Shown piece after piece: positions 33,393 through 44,596 of a DNA stretch of 64,000 nt (its first letter is position 1; each line of letters opens with the position of its first letter). The translations under genes and the position numbers were made by a program. Under the pieces are notes generated by a model. That model made no database searches and was not told the DNA's origin. It worked only from the letters and a program-made list of their open reading frames with translations. The stretch is from Caecitellus pseudoparvulus (lineage: Eukaryota > Protista > Bigyra: Bicosoecida): NCBI GenBank assembly GCA_965644315.1, contig CBFFRQ010000013.1, positions 558,001 through 622,000 on the forward strand, in the 5' to 3' direction.

Positions 33393-34049
33393 TTAGGTAT
33401 GCCCTGAGAGTGAGGGCTTCCCAGCGCCCTGACCTGCTGCTTCTTCGCTTTCCGCGTCCACGTTGTACTTCGCGAACAGGTTCTCTGGGTGGCTCATGGC
33501 TTTAAACTCCAAATTGTTGTTGCTGGGGTCCTTGAAGAACATTGTATATTGCTCCCCTGGTTGTCCCTTGAAGCGGAGGTGAGGAGGGATGACGAATGTG
33601 ACACCCGCTGTAGTGAGCCGCTCCGCCAACGAGTGAAAAGCTTCAGCGGACAAAGCTGCTCCAAAATGAGCCACAGGAACCTCGTCGCCATCAACTGGAT
33701 TGACATAGTCAACTCCTCTGTATTCGCTGCCAACCTGCGGTGGTTGCGGGACATGGTTTGTGTGCAAAAGCCACTGAGTCGAAGGAATGCTGCGTCCCCC
33801 TCACGAAGTGGCAGACGAGCTGGTGTCCAAAGAAATCGTAATCCTGCCATTTGGCACTACTTCTGCCTTCCCTGCACCCCAGAATCCCCCCGTAAAAGCC
33901 CTTTGCTGTCAAGCAAGAAGCAGAGAGGTATGCTGCAATGCGGAAATCGAAACAGACACCCAATGCACCTCACCAGCTTCCAGGTCGTGCACCGGAATCG
34001 CGAGATGAAAAGGGGGCACTGCAGACGAGACAGGTGCTGCTTCTGCCAT
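33393..34049 (-). CDS. VOC-family glyoxalase / extradiol dioxygenase-like protein, 3 exons
   Basis: PFHLAIPVHDLEA|AKGFYGGILGCREGRSSAKWQDYDFFGHQLVCHF|...VPVAHFG...GEQYTMFFKDPSNNNLEFKA. Confidence 0.88.
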
Positions 34050-34553
34050 GCTTGCTCTCATACACTCAGCTTCAGTGCTCGCTCAGATTGCAGCCCTATG
34101 TTGCACTGGCAGCTGAGAGTGCGGGTGCAGAAAGCCTATTTTGGGAGAGTTCGCTACGACTTCAGCTATCTGATCAACCATCAGGGCAAGTAGTGGGCAG
34201 TGCTATGAGGGTGCGCTCAATTTGAGGTGTGCGGAAAAGTGACAAGGGTGACTGGCCACACGACTGGTTATCACAAGACACTCTTTAGTTATCACGTAAC
34301 AAACACTGGTCGGGCAAAAGTGTCCCGATGCTTCGAGCGCAGACACATATTCCTTCCCACCCCCCGCAGCTTGCAGACACTTGGCATCCCCCACACATTC
34401 CTTGTTACTCCTGACTAGCTCGTCGATGAGCTTCCTCATTGCAGCCGGTTGCGGAGCAGACGTTTCACGTGCGTTTCGATTCTTTTCCAACGCTCGCGGA
34501 TAGGACAGGCAGCCGCGACAGGAGCGGCATCTGGTTGTCGGAAACAGAGAAAA

Positions 34554-37500
34554 ATGGATGAACTTGTCATTTCTTCCGGAAATAGGGTGGAGCTTAGACG
34601 TGAGGGTGGTGTGTATCGCTCATGGACCCTTCCAACGGCAGTTCGGCAAGCGCACTTTGCACGGCTTGTCGGGACCGACGGGGAAGTGGCATGGCACGTC
34701 GTGCTCTTACTGGGGGACTCAAAACTCCTGATTGATGACATGCACGGATCCCAGCAGGAAGTTGCCGCGCCCTTTCCCGTTCGATGCGTGTTGCCGCTGC
34801 ACTGCGGAGTGCTAGTCTTTGGCTTCAGCAGAGGTGAGCTGGACATTCACTGGCGTTTGCCGCATCGTGCAGCTGGAAACTCACGGCATATCTCCTCGGC
34901 GCCGCAGAATCAGTCTTAGTGCTGCACCATGTTCTGGAGTCGATGGAGGCGTGTTCCTGCCTTGACTTGGCCCAGTTGGACACTGGGGTCCCTGCAGCGC
35001 CCCTGTCTCTTCATTCGCGAGTGCCTGTGACTGCCCTCGGAAGCTCTCGCCTGCTCGTGCTGTTCGACACTGACCGAAGTGTGCACGAGCTTTGGTATCT
35101 TCTTCACTCTCCCTCCTGCCCTGGGCTCTGCTCGGAGAGTCTCCTACATAGCCATGGCAGTGAGAGCGGTGCACCGAGTCTTTCAGTTGCAAGCCCGTTG
35201 GCGCTGCCCAGTACAGCTCGCAAGCGCAGTCGGGCGAGCTTTGGGAGTGATGGATTGACTGCCACGCCTCCTTCTGGCTCAATGGGCCCTGAGCGCTTTG
35301 CAGGTCTGCCTGGCAAGCCGGGAAGCAGTCACGCGGGAGGGCAGCGCATCCTTGGCTTGCTCAGTGCAGTGCGTGACGAAGCCGCTGCAGAAGAAGGGGC
35401 AGCGCCCCACCCTACCCACGACAGCAGCACTATTGTTGACCGCCTAGTGGCGCCAGCCTGCCTGGTACGTGTCGTCCCAAACCTGCTGCAGGGTGTTGAA
35501 CAGCCTTCAAGCCCAGCCGCGGCAGCTACGCTCGTGGCATCCCCCACTGCGACGGGCATGTGGGGGGCTCCCCAAGCTACTCGCCTAAGCACGTGTGGCG
35601 TGGGGGTTCTTCTGGGTTGGAAGGCTCCTCAGTGGTGTGCTGGTGTCCACTTGAAGCATGTGCCACCAGTTGTCGGCGTTGGCGCCGGCAAGCAAGGCTC
35701 AGCGAGGACGCTTTTGGAACTGCAAGCCGCATTACACGTAGCTGTGGGCGACATCAGCTCAAAGCCACTCCCGCCCCCTGCTCTGACCTGGTCATCTCAG
35801 CTGCACGCGGCCCAAGGGCTGTGCCTGCCTGGCCTTCCACTCCTTGCACACTGCAGCGAGGTGCTGAGCAGCTCCGTCTCGACCATCGAGAGGAGTGAGA
35901 AGGACATGGCCCACCTTGGAGCCTTCCACAGCTTGATTGCCATTGACAGGCCTCTTTGGCCGTTTGGATGTTCCTTTCCTTCTGCCGGGCCCCTCTCCAC
36001 CTTGCTCAGCCGGCTTGCGCCTTGCTCTGCAGCGGACACGGGTGCCGGTGAACCTCTCAACGGGCTCTTGCGACACCAGCTCAGCCGAGGCTGGGACGAT
36101 AGCGAGACACACCGTGAATTTTTGCTCAGCAGTGAAACGTTTCTTCTGCTTCCCGTGGTGGCAGACCCCACGTCTCTGCTTTTCACAGCGGTGCTCCCTG
36201 ACCTGTGCCCCGCTGCGGAGGTGGTGCAAGTGTTGCTCGAGGGTGTTTCTCGACACGAGCACACAGACTTCATTGACTGCGTGGTGCATGCAAGGGACAC
36301 AGCAAGCTCGCCCGGCTCAGGCCCTCTTGCTGTTGATGTTGGCGCTCTGCCAAGAGCTCCAGTTTCCCTAAAAGTTGCCACTGCAGCCGCGCGCTTCGTG
36401 CGAGGATCCCTTACAGAGCCTATCCGTACCGAGGAGAGTGCTTCTGCTGCGCTATCACGCGTGGCTGCCTCTGTTTTGCGGCTTTTCCAGCTTGCTTGCG
36501 AAGGGGCGACAAGGGGCACGCCCCTCGCGGCGGCTGGCGCTCTGGTGGTGCTTTTGTCTGATGTCCAAACACTGCCTCCGGTGCTTCAGGCCGGAGTCAT
36601 CCAGGCCAATACCTTGCTGGGAGAAAAAGCAAGCATGCTTCCCGCTTCGCCGAGTGCACTTCTGTGCCTCGGCACGTTTGGTGGTCCCGCCCCGCTAGAA
36701 GTGCAGCCACTGCACCCGCTTGCCGCTGAGCGGGTTCGCCGTGGTGTACTGCTAGCTTTGAATGTTGCCCAAGGCCGCAACGTGGGAGCGCTCGGCAACT
36801 CTCTAGGGCAGTCTTGTGTGCTCTTCCCGCTTCCATTGCTTCCAGTTGCAGCTGCCTTGCTGGCTGGATCCCGGCCAAGCTGGCCCCAACGCCTTGGCGT
36901 TCCACTTTCCGTGGCTCTATTTGCGCAAACCCACAATGGCAGTGTGGGGGAGATTGATTGGGACGAATGTGGTCTGCAGCGTGCATCGGGTGCGATACGT
37001 GACTTTTACGCGAGTATTGCGAGCGCCTGCGACCTGGTAGATGTGGCGGCAACCCTGCGAAGTGCCTCCACAAGCAGGCCATCCAAAGTGTGTCACACAG
37101 CCGGGGAGCTGCTCCAAGCTCTGGGCCTAAGCATGCCCCACCAAACAGACCTCAGAGCCATTTTGGACAGCGAATTACTGCCTCCTCCCTTGACAGGGGC
37201 ATGGCTCGGTGAAAGTCATGTACTTGGCACGAGTCTGCATCGTCAAGAGGGTGGGCAAGGCGAGCACACTGCGAGGCGTGCCCCTTTGGATGCTTTCCAA
37301 GATGACCTCGCAGACGTTCCTGCACTGCTTGCTACCGCCGGGAGCTGTGGATCTGCTCCAGATACCAGCTGGAGTCTGGGGGATTTGGATGGGCTGGTCG
37401 GTTTGTGCGTCAAAGCCGCCGAACTCTATCCGGCTGACCGGCGATTCGAGCACGTCGCCCAAGCGCTGCAATCGTCCCGCATGCAGCATCTTTTGCAGCA

Positions 37501-40255
37501 CCCCAGCTTTACCAGCGGGACAGACCATGCCCGCATTAAGGCTGTGCAGGTGCACGTGTTCAGGCTTGCTATTCGCACACTCATGTCCAGCCTGGGGCGG
37601 GGTGGCCTTACCCTGGGAAGCACCTTCATTGATGCGGGTCATCTGTTTCCCACACCACCAGTCACTGTCGCTGTGCGCCAAGGTCCCGGCGGTGCTGTGG
37701 TGAACATGGATATTCGGGGGATTGTGCAGGCGAGGCAAGATGCGCTGGACCTGGCTCTGTTTCACAACGGTGTAGCAGCCGGCCTCCGTGCCGCAGCGAG
37801 GAGCCGACTGCCAGGAGGGCAAGCGGCTTTGCGGTCATGGGTGCGTGCACACCAGCCATCAACTCCCACTGCAGGTCATGGTGGCCTCCTGCTCGGCTTC
37901 GGGCTGCAGGGTCTCCTCTCTTGCCTGCGGCTGCCTGACCTGTTTCAAGTTCTGCGAGAGGGGCATCCTGAAACTAGCATCGGTGCACTTTTGGGCCTAG
38001 CAGCTTCTCACTTTGGCACGGCGAACGCTTCAGTCAGTAAGGCACTGACACTTCACCTCCCACACGCACTACCATCGGGAGCCGCAGATTTCGCCTTGTC
38101 CCCGTCCCTGCAAGCGTCGTCCATTGTTGGTCTTGGGTTGCTGTACGCTGGTACACAGCAGAAACTGGTAGCCGAGTTCGCCCTGCGCGAAGTAACTGCT
38201 TCCCCGGCAGCGGATGCCTTTGCGGATGCACCCCCTGCAAGTCAGCGGTGCGACGAGGCGTACGCGCTAGCTGCTGGTTGGACTCTGGGCATGGTGCATG
38301 CCAGTACACCACGTGTCGCTGGAGGATTGAGTGAGCAGGAAAGAGCTGCTTCAGACAGCTTGCTGCAATCTCTGCTGCCGAGCCTTGCTGGACAAGCCCT
38401 CGCCCAAGCCTCGACTCGTTCAGAAAGTGCCGGCTCGAACGTAGCTGGGCAAGCCAGCCGCCAGCCAGAGGTGTCGCGCGATCTGCGTACGGCCGACCCT
38501 TCTCGTACAGTTCCGGCCTCCGTAACTGCCATTGCGTTGGCGTTTCTTGGCACTCACAGCTCAGCTGCTGCTTCTGCTCTCGCGCTGCCGTCCACACTCT
38601 CAAGGCTTGATGCGCTGCGCCCGGACTACATCCTGATGCGGGTGGCTGCTCGCAGCCTTGTACTGTGGGGATCAGTGGAGCCTTCCGTCGCATGGGTGCT
38701 AAATCAAGTCCCTGGCATCGTGCTCAGTGCTGTTCACGCTGGCCTCGCAAGTGCTCAAGCCAGTGGGGGCACACAAGACTTGCTTGGTCAACTTGCTGCA
38801 TTGATGGCGGGTGGAGAGCAAGCCCAACCACCTTCCAGTAGACCCTCTGATATGACAGGCGCAACTGCCTCCGCGCAGGTTTCTTCAGGGGAGGTGGGCC
38901 TTGAGCATTGTGTTTCTGGAGGAACATCTTCTCCTGCTCGGCACATGCTGCCAGAAAGCGCCTGGCGCGCACTCGACGCACTTGCTGTGAACCAGATTCA
39001 TGTCTCTTGCCTCGCCGGTGCCTGTTGGGCCTTGGGCATGCGGTTCGCGGGTACAATCAATCCCGCTGCAAAGCAGACCTTGCTGCATTTCCTCCGGCTA
39101 TTCTTGGCCATGCAGGCCAGTGGGAGCCCGGCAGCTTTCGACCCTGTTGTGGCTTCTATGGGGGGCGTTGAGGTTCTTGCAAACCCGGGTCAAAACGCAC
39201 TGAACTGCACCACGGCCAGCTTCTTAGCGCCCGATACCCACACACTTACCAACGCCATCTCGACCACTTGCTGCGCTCTAGGCATGGTCATGGCGGGCTC
39301 CATGGATGAGGACTGCCTTCGGACTGTGCTGCTCGTGCGAAAAAGCTGTTCCGAAGTAGTCGCGTCCGGGTCCCACGCAGCGTGCAGCTTGGCACTGGGG
39401 TGGCTGGGGATCGGAGGGGGTCGTGCCTCCTTCCGGCGTGACCCCGCCTCCGTAGGCTGCCTGTGGCTGGCCTCGTTCCCTGCCTGGCCTCGCGACCAGG
39501 CGGATAACTGCCTGCACCACCAAGCATGGCGACACTTGTATGCACTCGCCACACAGCAGCGGACTTTACGCGTACTGAGTGCCAGCACACACAAGGCAGT
39601 GCCTTGCAAAGTGCGGGTGCAATTGCAGCCAGAGGCACGAGCGGAACTGGGCCTGGGCTCATCATTGTCCATGCTCCTGGAGGCTCCCTGCATCCTTCCA
39701 GATCCTTCCCTCATTTCGAGCTTGCAAGCTATGGGTTCTGGATGGCTCGGGCGAGAATGGTCAGCGGCGACAATGCTGTGCCACAGCCGAGAATCAAGGC
39801 TGCCTCATGGGCTCACGGTGTTCGTTCCTGCAGAAGGACCTGCCCCCTGTCGGGAATGGAGTGGACTCAAGGCAGCCCTGAATTGTGCACCAGCCATGCT
39901 CCCAATAGCTCGAAGACTAGTTGCCGCAGTTGCCAAGAACAGCTCCACAGAAGTGGGCCAGTGGTTGCACTCCGTGAATGCGCTTGCGGTGTCGCGCGTG
40001 CGAGCTCTCGCTGTGGCAGCATTGGCTGAGCTGAAACAAGGACTCTCAGGGCACAGCGTCGGAATGCCGCACGCCACTGAACTTGCCCAATGGATCGAGC
40101 CGTGCCTACTCTCAGACCTGCTTTCTTTAGCGACGCCTGGCCAGCTAGAGGACTGGCACACCCTGTCACAGTGGGCTTCTCAGTTGGAGGATCCCAGAGG
40201 CATGCGCATCCACAACTCTGCGCGAAGCGTAGTAGCTTTGGTTGGAGCAGGGTGA
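34554..40255 (+). CDS. APC1: Anaphase-promoting complex subunit 1
   Basis: DRRFEHVAQALQSS, LFHNGVAAGLR, PC repeats (HGGLLLGFGLQG, LGLGLLYAGT-like, ALGMRFAGT, LGMVMAGS) and QAWRHLYALA; intron 34834-34907. Confidence 0.88.
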
Positions 40256-40291
40256 TCTGGCATTGTAGAATGCAACCTGAACAAGCCTGCA

Positions 40292-43200
40292 CTAGTCTCC
40301 CTCCTCTTCCTCGCACAGCCGCGCAGCAAGTTCCTCGGCGACCTTCGACGCAGTCCAGCGTTCCGCAGGGTCGGCCGCAGTGCAGTTGTGCACAAGGGGC
40401 AAGACCCACTCAGGAGCATCACAGTCTTCCGGGTACTCCAACTTCCAACCCTCCTGGAAGACGTTGTAGTACTTGGCGCTGGGAATGCTTTGCGTGGGAA
40501 TGTTGATGCGGCGGTGAGCATCCCGTGGAGCGAACAACTCGAAAATGAGCACTCCCAGTGAGAAAACATCAGCAGGGTATGAATAGGGATCGCCGTACGC
40601 CACCTCGGGGGCTTTATACCCCATAGTTCCAATCTCAGTCGTTGCAAAGTGCCCAGCGTCTCCCTCCAACACGCGAGAGGTGCCCAAGTCACCCAACTTC
40701 GCCCTGAGTCGGCCCCGTCCCGGGCCAAGCAGCACATTGTGTGACTTGATGTCGCGATGCATCCAATGGTGCCTGTGCAAGTGTGCGACACCTTCGGCAC
40801 AGTCGCAGGCCAGGGCCAGGCGTTGCTTTGTGTCCAGACGCTCAGGGTCCCGCAGCGCACTGAAAACCGTACCTTGCGGCATCAACTCGTATACTATGGC
40901 CAAACCAGGGTATGTACAGGCTCCGATGAGTCGAACGACGTTCTCATGCGGAGGCAGCGCCCTGAAGGCTGCGATTTCAGTCTTGAAATCTGCGAGGAGC
41001 TTTGGTGGCGGCTGTGCGGCAATGTAGTTGAAGCGCTTGACAGCCACCTCCACACCAGGGTCTTCGATAAAGCGTGCCCCACTAGGGGCCAGTCCTTGCT
41101 CTCGGCCGTCGCCACCCTCGCCACTGGCTGCAGCTGCCACAGCCGAGGCAGGCACCGTTGCCTCCTCTGCGGCCGGGGTGACCCACAGTGCCCGATACAC
41201 GGTGGCAGTCTTCCCAGACCCCAGCTCGTTCTTTAGGTGCAGTTCGTTCATGTGCAGTTCTAGGTAGCTCTCTTCTTCCTCAATTTGCGCTGCTTTAGCG
41301 GACAGAGTGGATGCCACCTCTACAGCATCGCCGGCGCTCAAGCTATCGTCGCCGTCAAGCGATGACAGAGCCTCGCTCATCGCGCTGTCATCGCGAGATG
41401 CAGAATCCAGCGCGTCCGTCCAGACCGCTGCAGGCGTCCGTTTCAACTTGGCCCTCCCTCGAGCAAGGGCTGCTGCAAAAGAGCTCGGGGCCTGTCGCAA
41501 AGGTCCCCTTGGTTTCACGTCTTGCTCTTCAAGTGCCGTGCCAGCCTTTGGGACACTGCTTTCGCGAACAGGGGTCTTTCGCAAATGCCCCTTCTTCAGC
41601 TTCTTGACTGCAGACAAAATGTTCTTGTGCTGCGTCCGCATTGCCTCCCTCCGCATGGCTTCAGCTCGCTGCACGTCTTGTTCTCGAGCCTCTTGCACGC
41701 TGCTGATAACAGCTGACATCGTCTCTGACGCAGACTGCTGCCTTCGAAGGGCCCCTGCCCGTGGACTACTTGGTGCAGGACCTGCTGAAGACTCAATTGC
41801 GGATACAAGCACTCGAGGAGTCGAAGAAGGGGGCGACTGCATCGCTGCAGCTACGGGCGATCCTGGCGTGGCCATGTGCTGCACCGCAGGAAAAGCCACT
41901 GGCAGCTCCTCGACATGTTTGCTAGAGGATCTGCGTACTAGAAGACCCCCGTGGGTGTCAGCAGGAGTGGGCAGCAGGTGTGCAACACTTTCATCCACAA
42001 CCTGAACAAACAACGTGTCGCCTTGCTGGGCAAAGTCAACAACGCTCAGTTCATCGTCTGTTACTTCCACAACCAGATCACTGGGACCTTGGGTTGGTGG
42101 CGCGTGGGGGTTGTGCTTGGACTCGGCATGCCAATCCCCGCCAGCAGTTTGAGGGGACGTAAGTACTGAAGTCACCGTCGCCCTGCGAGCAGCATGTCGA
42201 GTATCATCGGAACTCTTCGCGGCAGAGGACCTGGCTGCAGGTCCACCTGACGCTTGGAGGGGCAATGCACTACTGCTGTGGAATCTCCGCAAGGTGAAAA
42301 TGCGTTGACTTGCGGGAGGGATGGACAGCTGTTGCTGGATGTCACGGCGAAGTACCCCAAGTGTGTACCCTTCCGGCACCTCCAGTTGCACACGTCGCAC
42401 CCAAAGCGCTGAAGCAGCGCTTCCCACGCTGTCCCCCCGCTGCAGCCCTTTCGCTGAATCGAGAAGGGCTGCAGCTGGGATCACTTCCAGAGACACTGTC
42501 AAATTGTGCGAGTTCATCACTGGCTTGATACTGGAAAGCACCTCCTTCACTGTCAGCTCTGCCAGAGAGCCGATTGTTAAGTGCACATGGTGTGGAAAGA
42601 ATGAAGACACCGCACGTCGATGGTGGAGCATCGTGCTCACTGACGCCGACGGGGGGTTCCAAGTGATCAACACAAACGCGGCCGTGGCGTCTTTCTTGCT
42701 TGCATAAGTGCTACGAGCCTCTGGGGTAGGGCCTGCTCGTAAGGACTTTGACGCTGCACGGCTTGCAGCCAGAGCCGTGTGCCGTCGCCGTTTGAGGGGC
42801 TCAGATTCCTGCCGAAGGTGTGCTCCCTGCCGCGTCACGTCAGCCGGGGGAGTCGGCTGCACACGGCGGTTGAACCGGAAGTACATGTACACTGGATCAT
42901 CTACATCCTCCCTCGCGAAGGGAAATACCCCTGTTGTCCGCAGTGGGTCTGGCATCAGCGCCGTCAAGGCATCAGCACCAGAGGCAAGCAGCTGCAAAGA
43001 GTTGCCCTCTCTTCCACCGAGCGAGCCCCCTAGCCCAACCACCATCCAATTGATGCAGGAGGTGTGCTTGTGAATGGCGTTGAAGGCATCTTGAACAGCT
43101 GAGTCAGATGTGCCCAAGCTACCTCGAGGAAGCCGGAGACTCCCTCTGCTGCGGCCGCCCCTGCGAGCTTCAGGCGCCGCGGCGTTCGCTGCGGCAGCGG

Positions 43201-44039
43201 CAGTGACAGGCGGGGGAGGGGCCACACGGGTAGTTCGCGAGCTTGCAGCTCCACCGCTTTCTTCATCACGGCATGCCAGGCGGGACTTTACTTCCTGCAC
43301 GGCACCACCTTGTGCGACCAGCTGTGAGCCAACTTTGTCTTGTTGGTGGGTGTGCTTCTCCAGCCAAGCTTCCTGCACCTTCCTCGGAGATATCTCCTCC
43401 ACCGCATGGGTGGTCCAACAATGCGAAATCGAGCACGAATGGGCTGCAGCCGACAATGCAGTCCGTACAGCCAAGCCCCTTGTCATGGCTTGCACAGATG
43501 GTCCACCTCCTACCTGCGCAGGACGGAGGCAAGTGGCCTCTTGCGTAGAGCTTGGATCAAGCCACTTCAAGCCTGCTCGCGCACGTAGGTCACAAGTCCT
43601 CGAATACAACCAGGTCCACGGAGAGACCCTGGCGGTGTCAGCACTTGCAACAGGACTGCGAGTCCGGAACAGAGATTGCAGTGCTTGCCAACGGCGGAGG
43701 GCCTCCAGCGCCAGCAGCACTTACCGTGCTGGACATCGCCAGGGATAATACTGCCTTGTACTTCAGATAGGGCACCAGAAGATGCTTGAATGTCAAGTTT
43801 TCCCACCTGTGGCTTGCAGCAGAGGTTCATTCAACCGAAGGGTGTCCAGGCAGCGTTGCGGTGCTGCGGAGAATGCAGCTGTGAGGGGGCGCACCTCAGG
43901 ACCGCCAATAACTGCGAAAGCATGCGAAGGAGGCTCAGTTGCACCGGTGAAACACGACCCACTGAGCTTACTTACTTGCGAACCCTTCTCCACTCCCTAT
44001 TCTCTCAATTGCGGCACGTAGTACGTGCTCAGCGTCCAT
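40292..44039 (-). CDS. TKL-type protein kinase with two N-terminal ADF-H (coactosin-like) domains, a ubiquitin-like domain and two WH2 motifs
   Basis: Exons 44039-43976, 43911-43895, 43806-43725, 43655-43585 and 43513-40292; all introns GT-AG and phase-compatible (about 1,151 aa). Kinase motifs LGSGKTATVY, VAVK, HRDIKSHNVLL, DLG, GTMGYKAPE, DVFSLG. Confidence 0.85.
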
Positions 44040-44596
44040 GCCAAGAGGTGATCACCACGCCTTGTGCGAGGACCTCGTATGGCAGCTTTCAACGTCCCCC
44101 GAAACTGGGCCACGTGCCAACTTGCAGCATCACATGCTCTTCATGGACGCTTTTCACCTGGTGTGACATTTGCCAGGAGTAGGTTGGAGTTTGACAAGGC
44201 CCAGGCAGTGCACCTTGCATTGTGAGCCTCAAGGCAGGAGCGGCAGACACCATGATTCATTTTACACTCATCACCTGTTCCAGTACGCCCCCGTGTAGCC
44301 CGCGCGAGTGGTGGCTTGCCGCAGTCTTCTTGAGCCTGTGCAGCACACGCCTCAGCTCTGCACCACAGTTCGTTGGGCCGCACCTTTCGATTTTCGGGGA
44401 ATCTTTCGAAGCGGCAAGCGCCCCTCCAACCAGTGACCGAGAAGTCTTATACAGATTCTCGTTCCTTGTACGTGAAAGGAAACGAGGCGCTGCAGTGCGC
44501 CATTGTTCCTGCCGACACAAGAAGTGCGGCTTTTGCACCAACCAACTCGCAAGCGCACCCCCCCCAATACGTGGCGCAGCGACGAACCGCGGCACC

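Noticed and set aside
26773-34919. Apparent frameshifts in the JmjC, EF-hand, glyoxalase and APC1 genes
   Set aside because: They are resolved by canonical short GT-AG introns with compatible phase, so these are not pseudogenes or programmed frameshifts.
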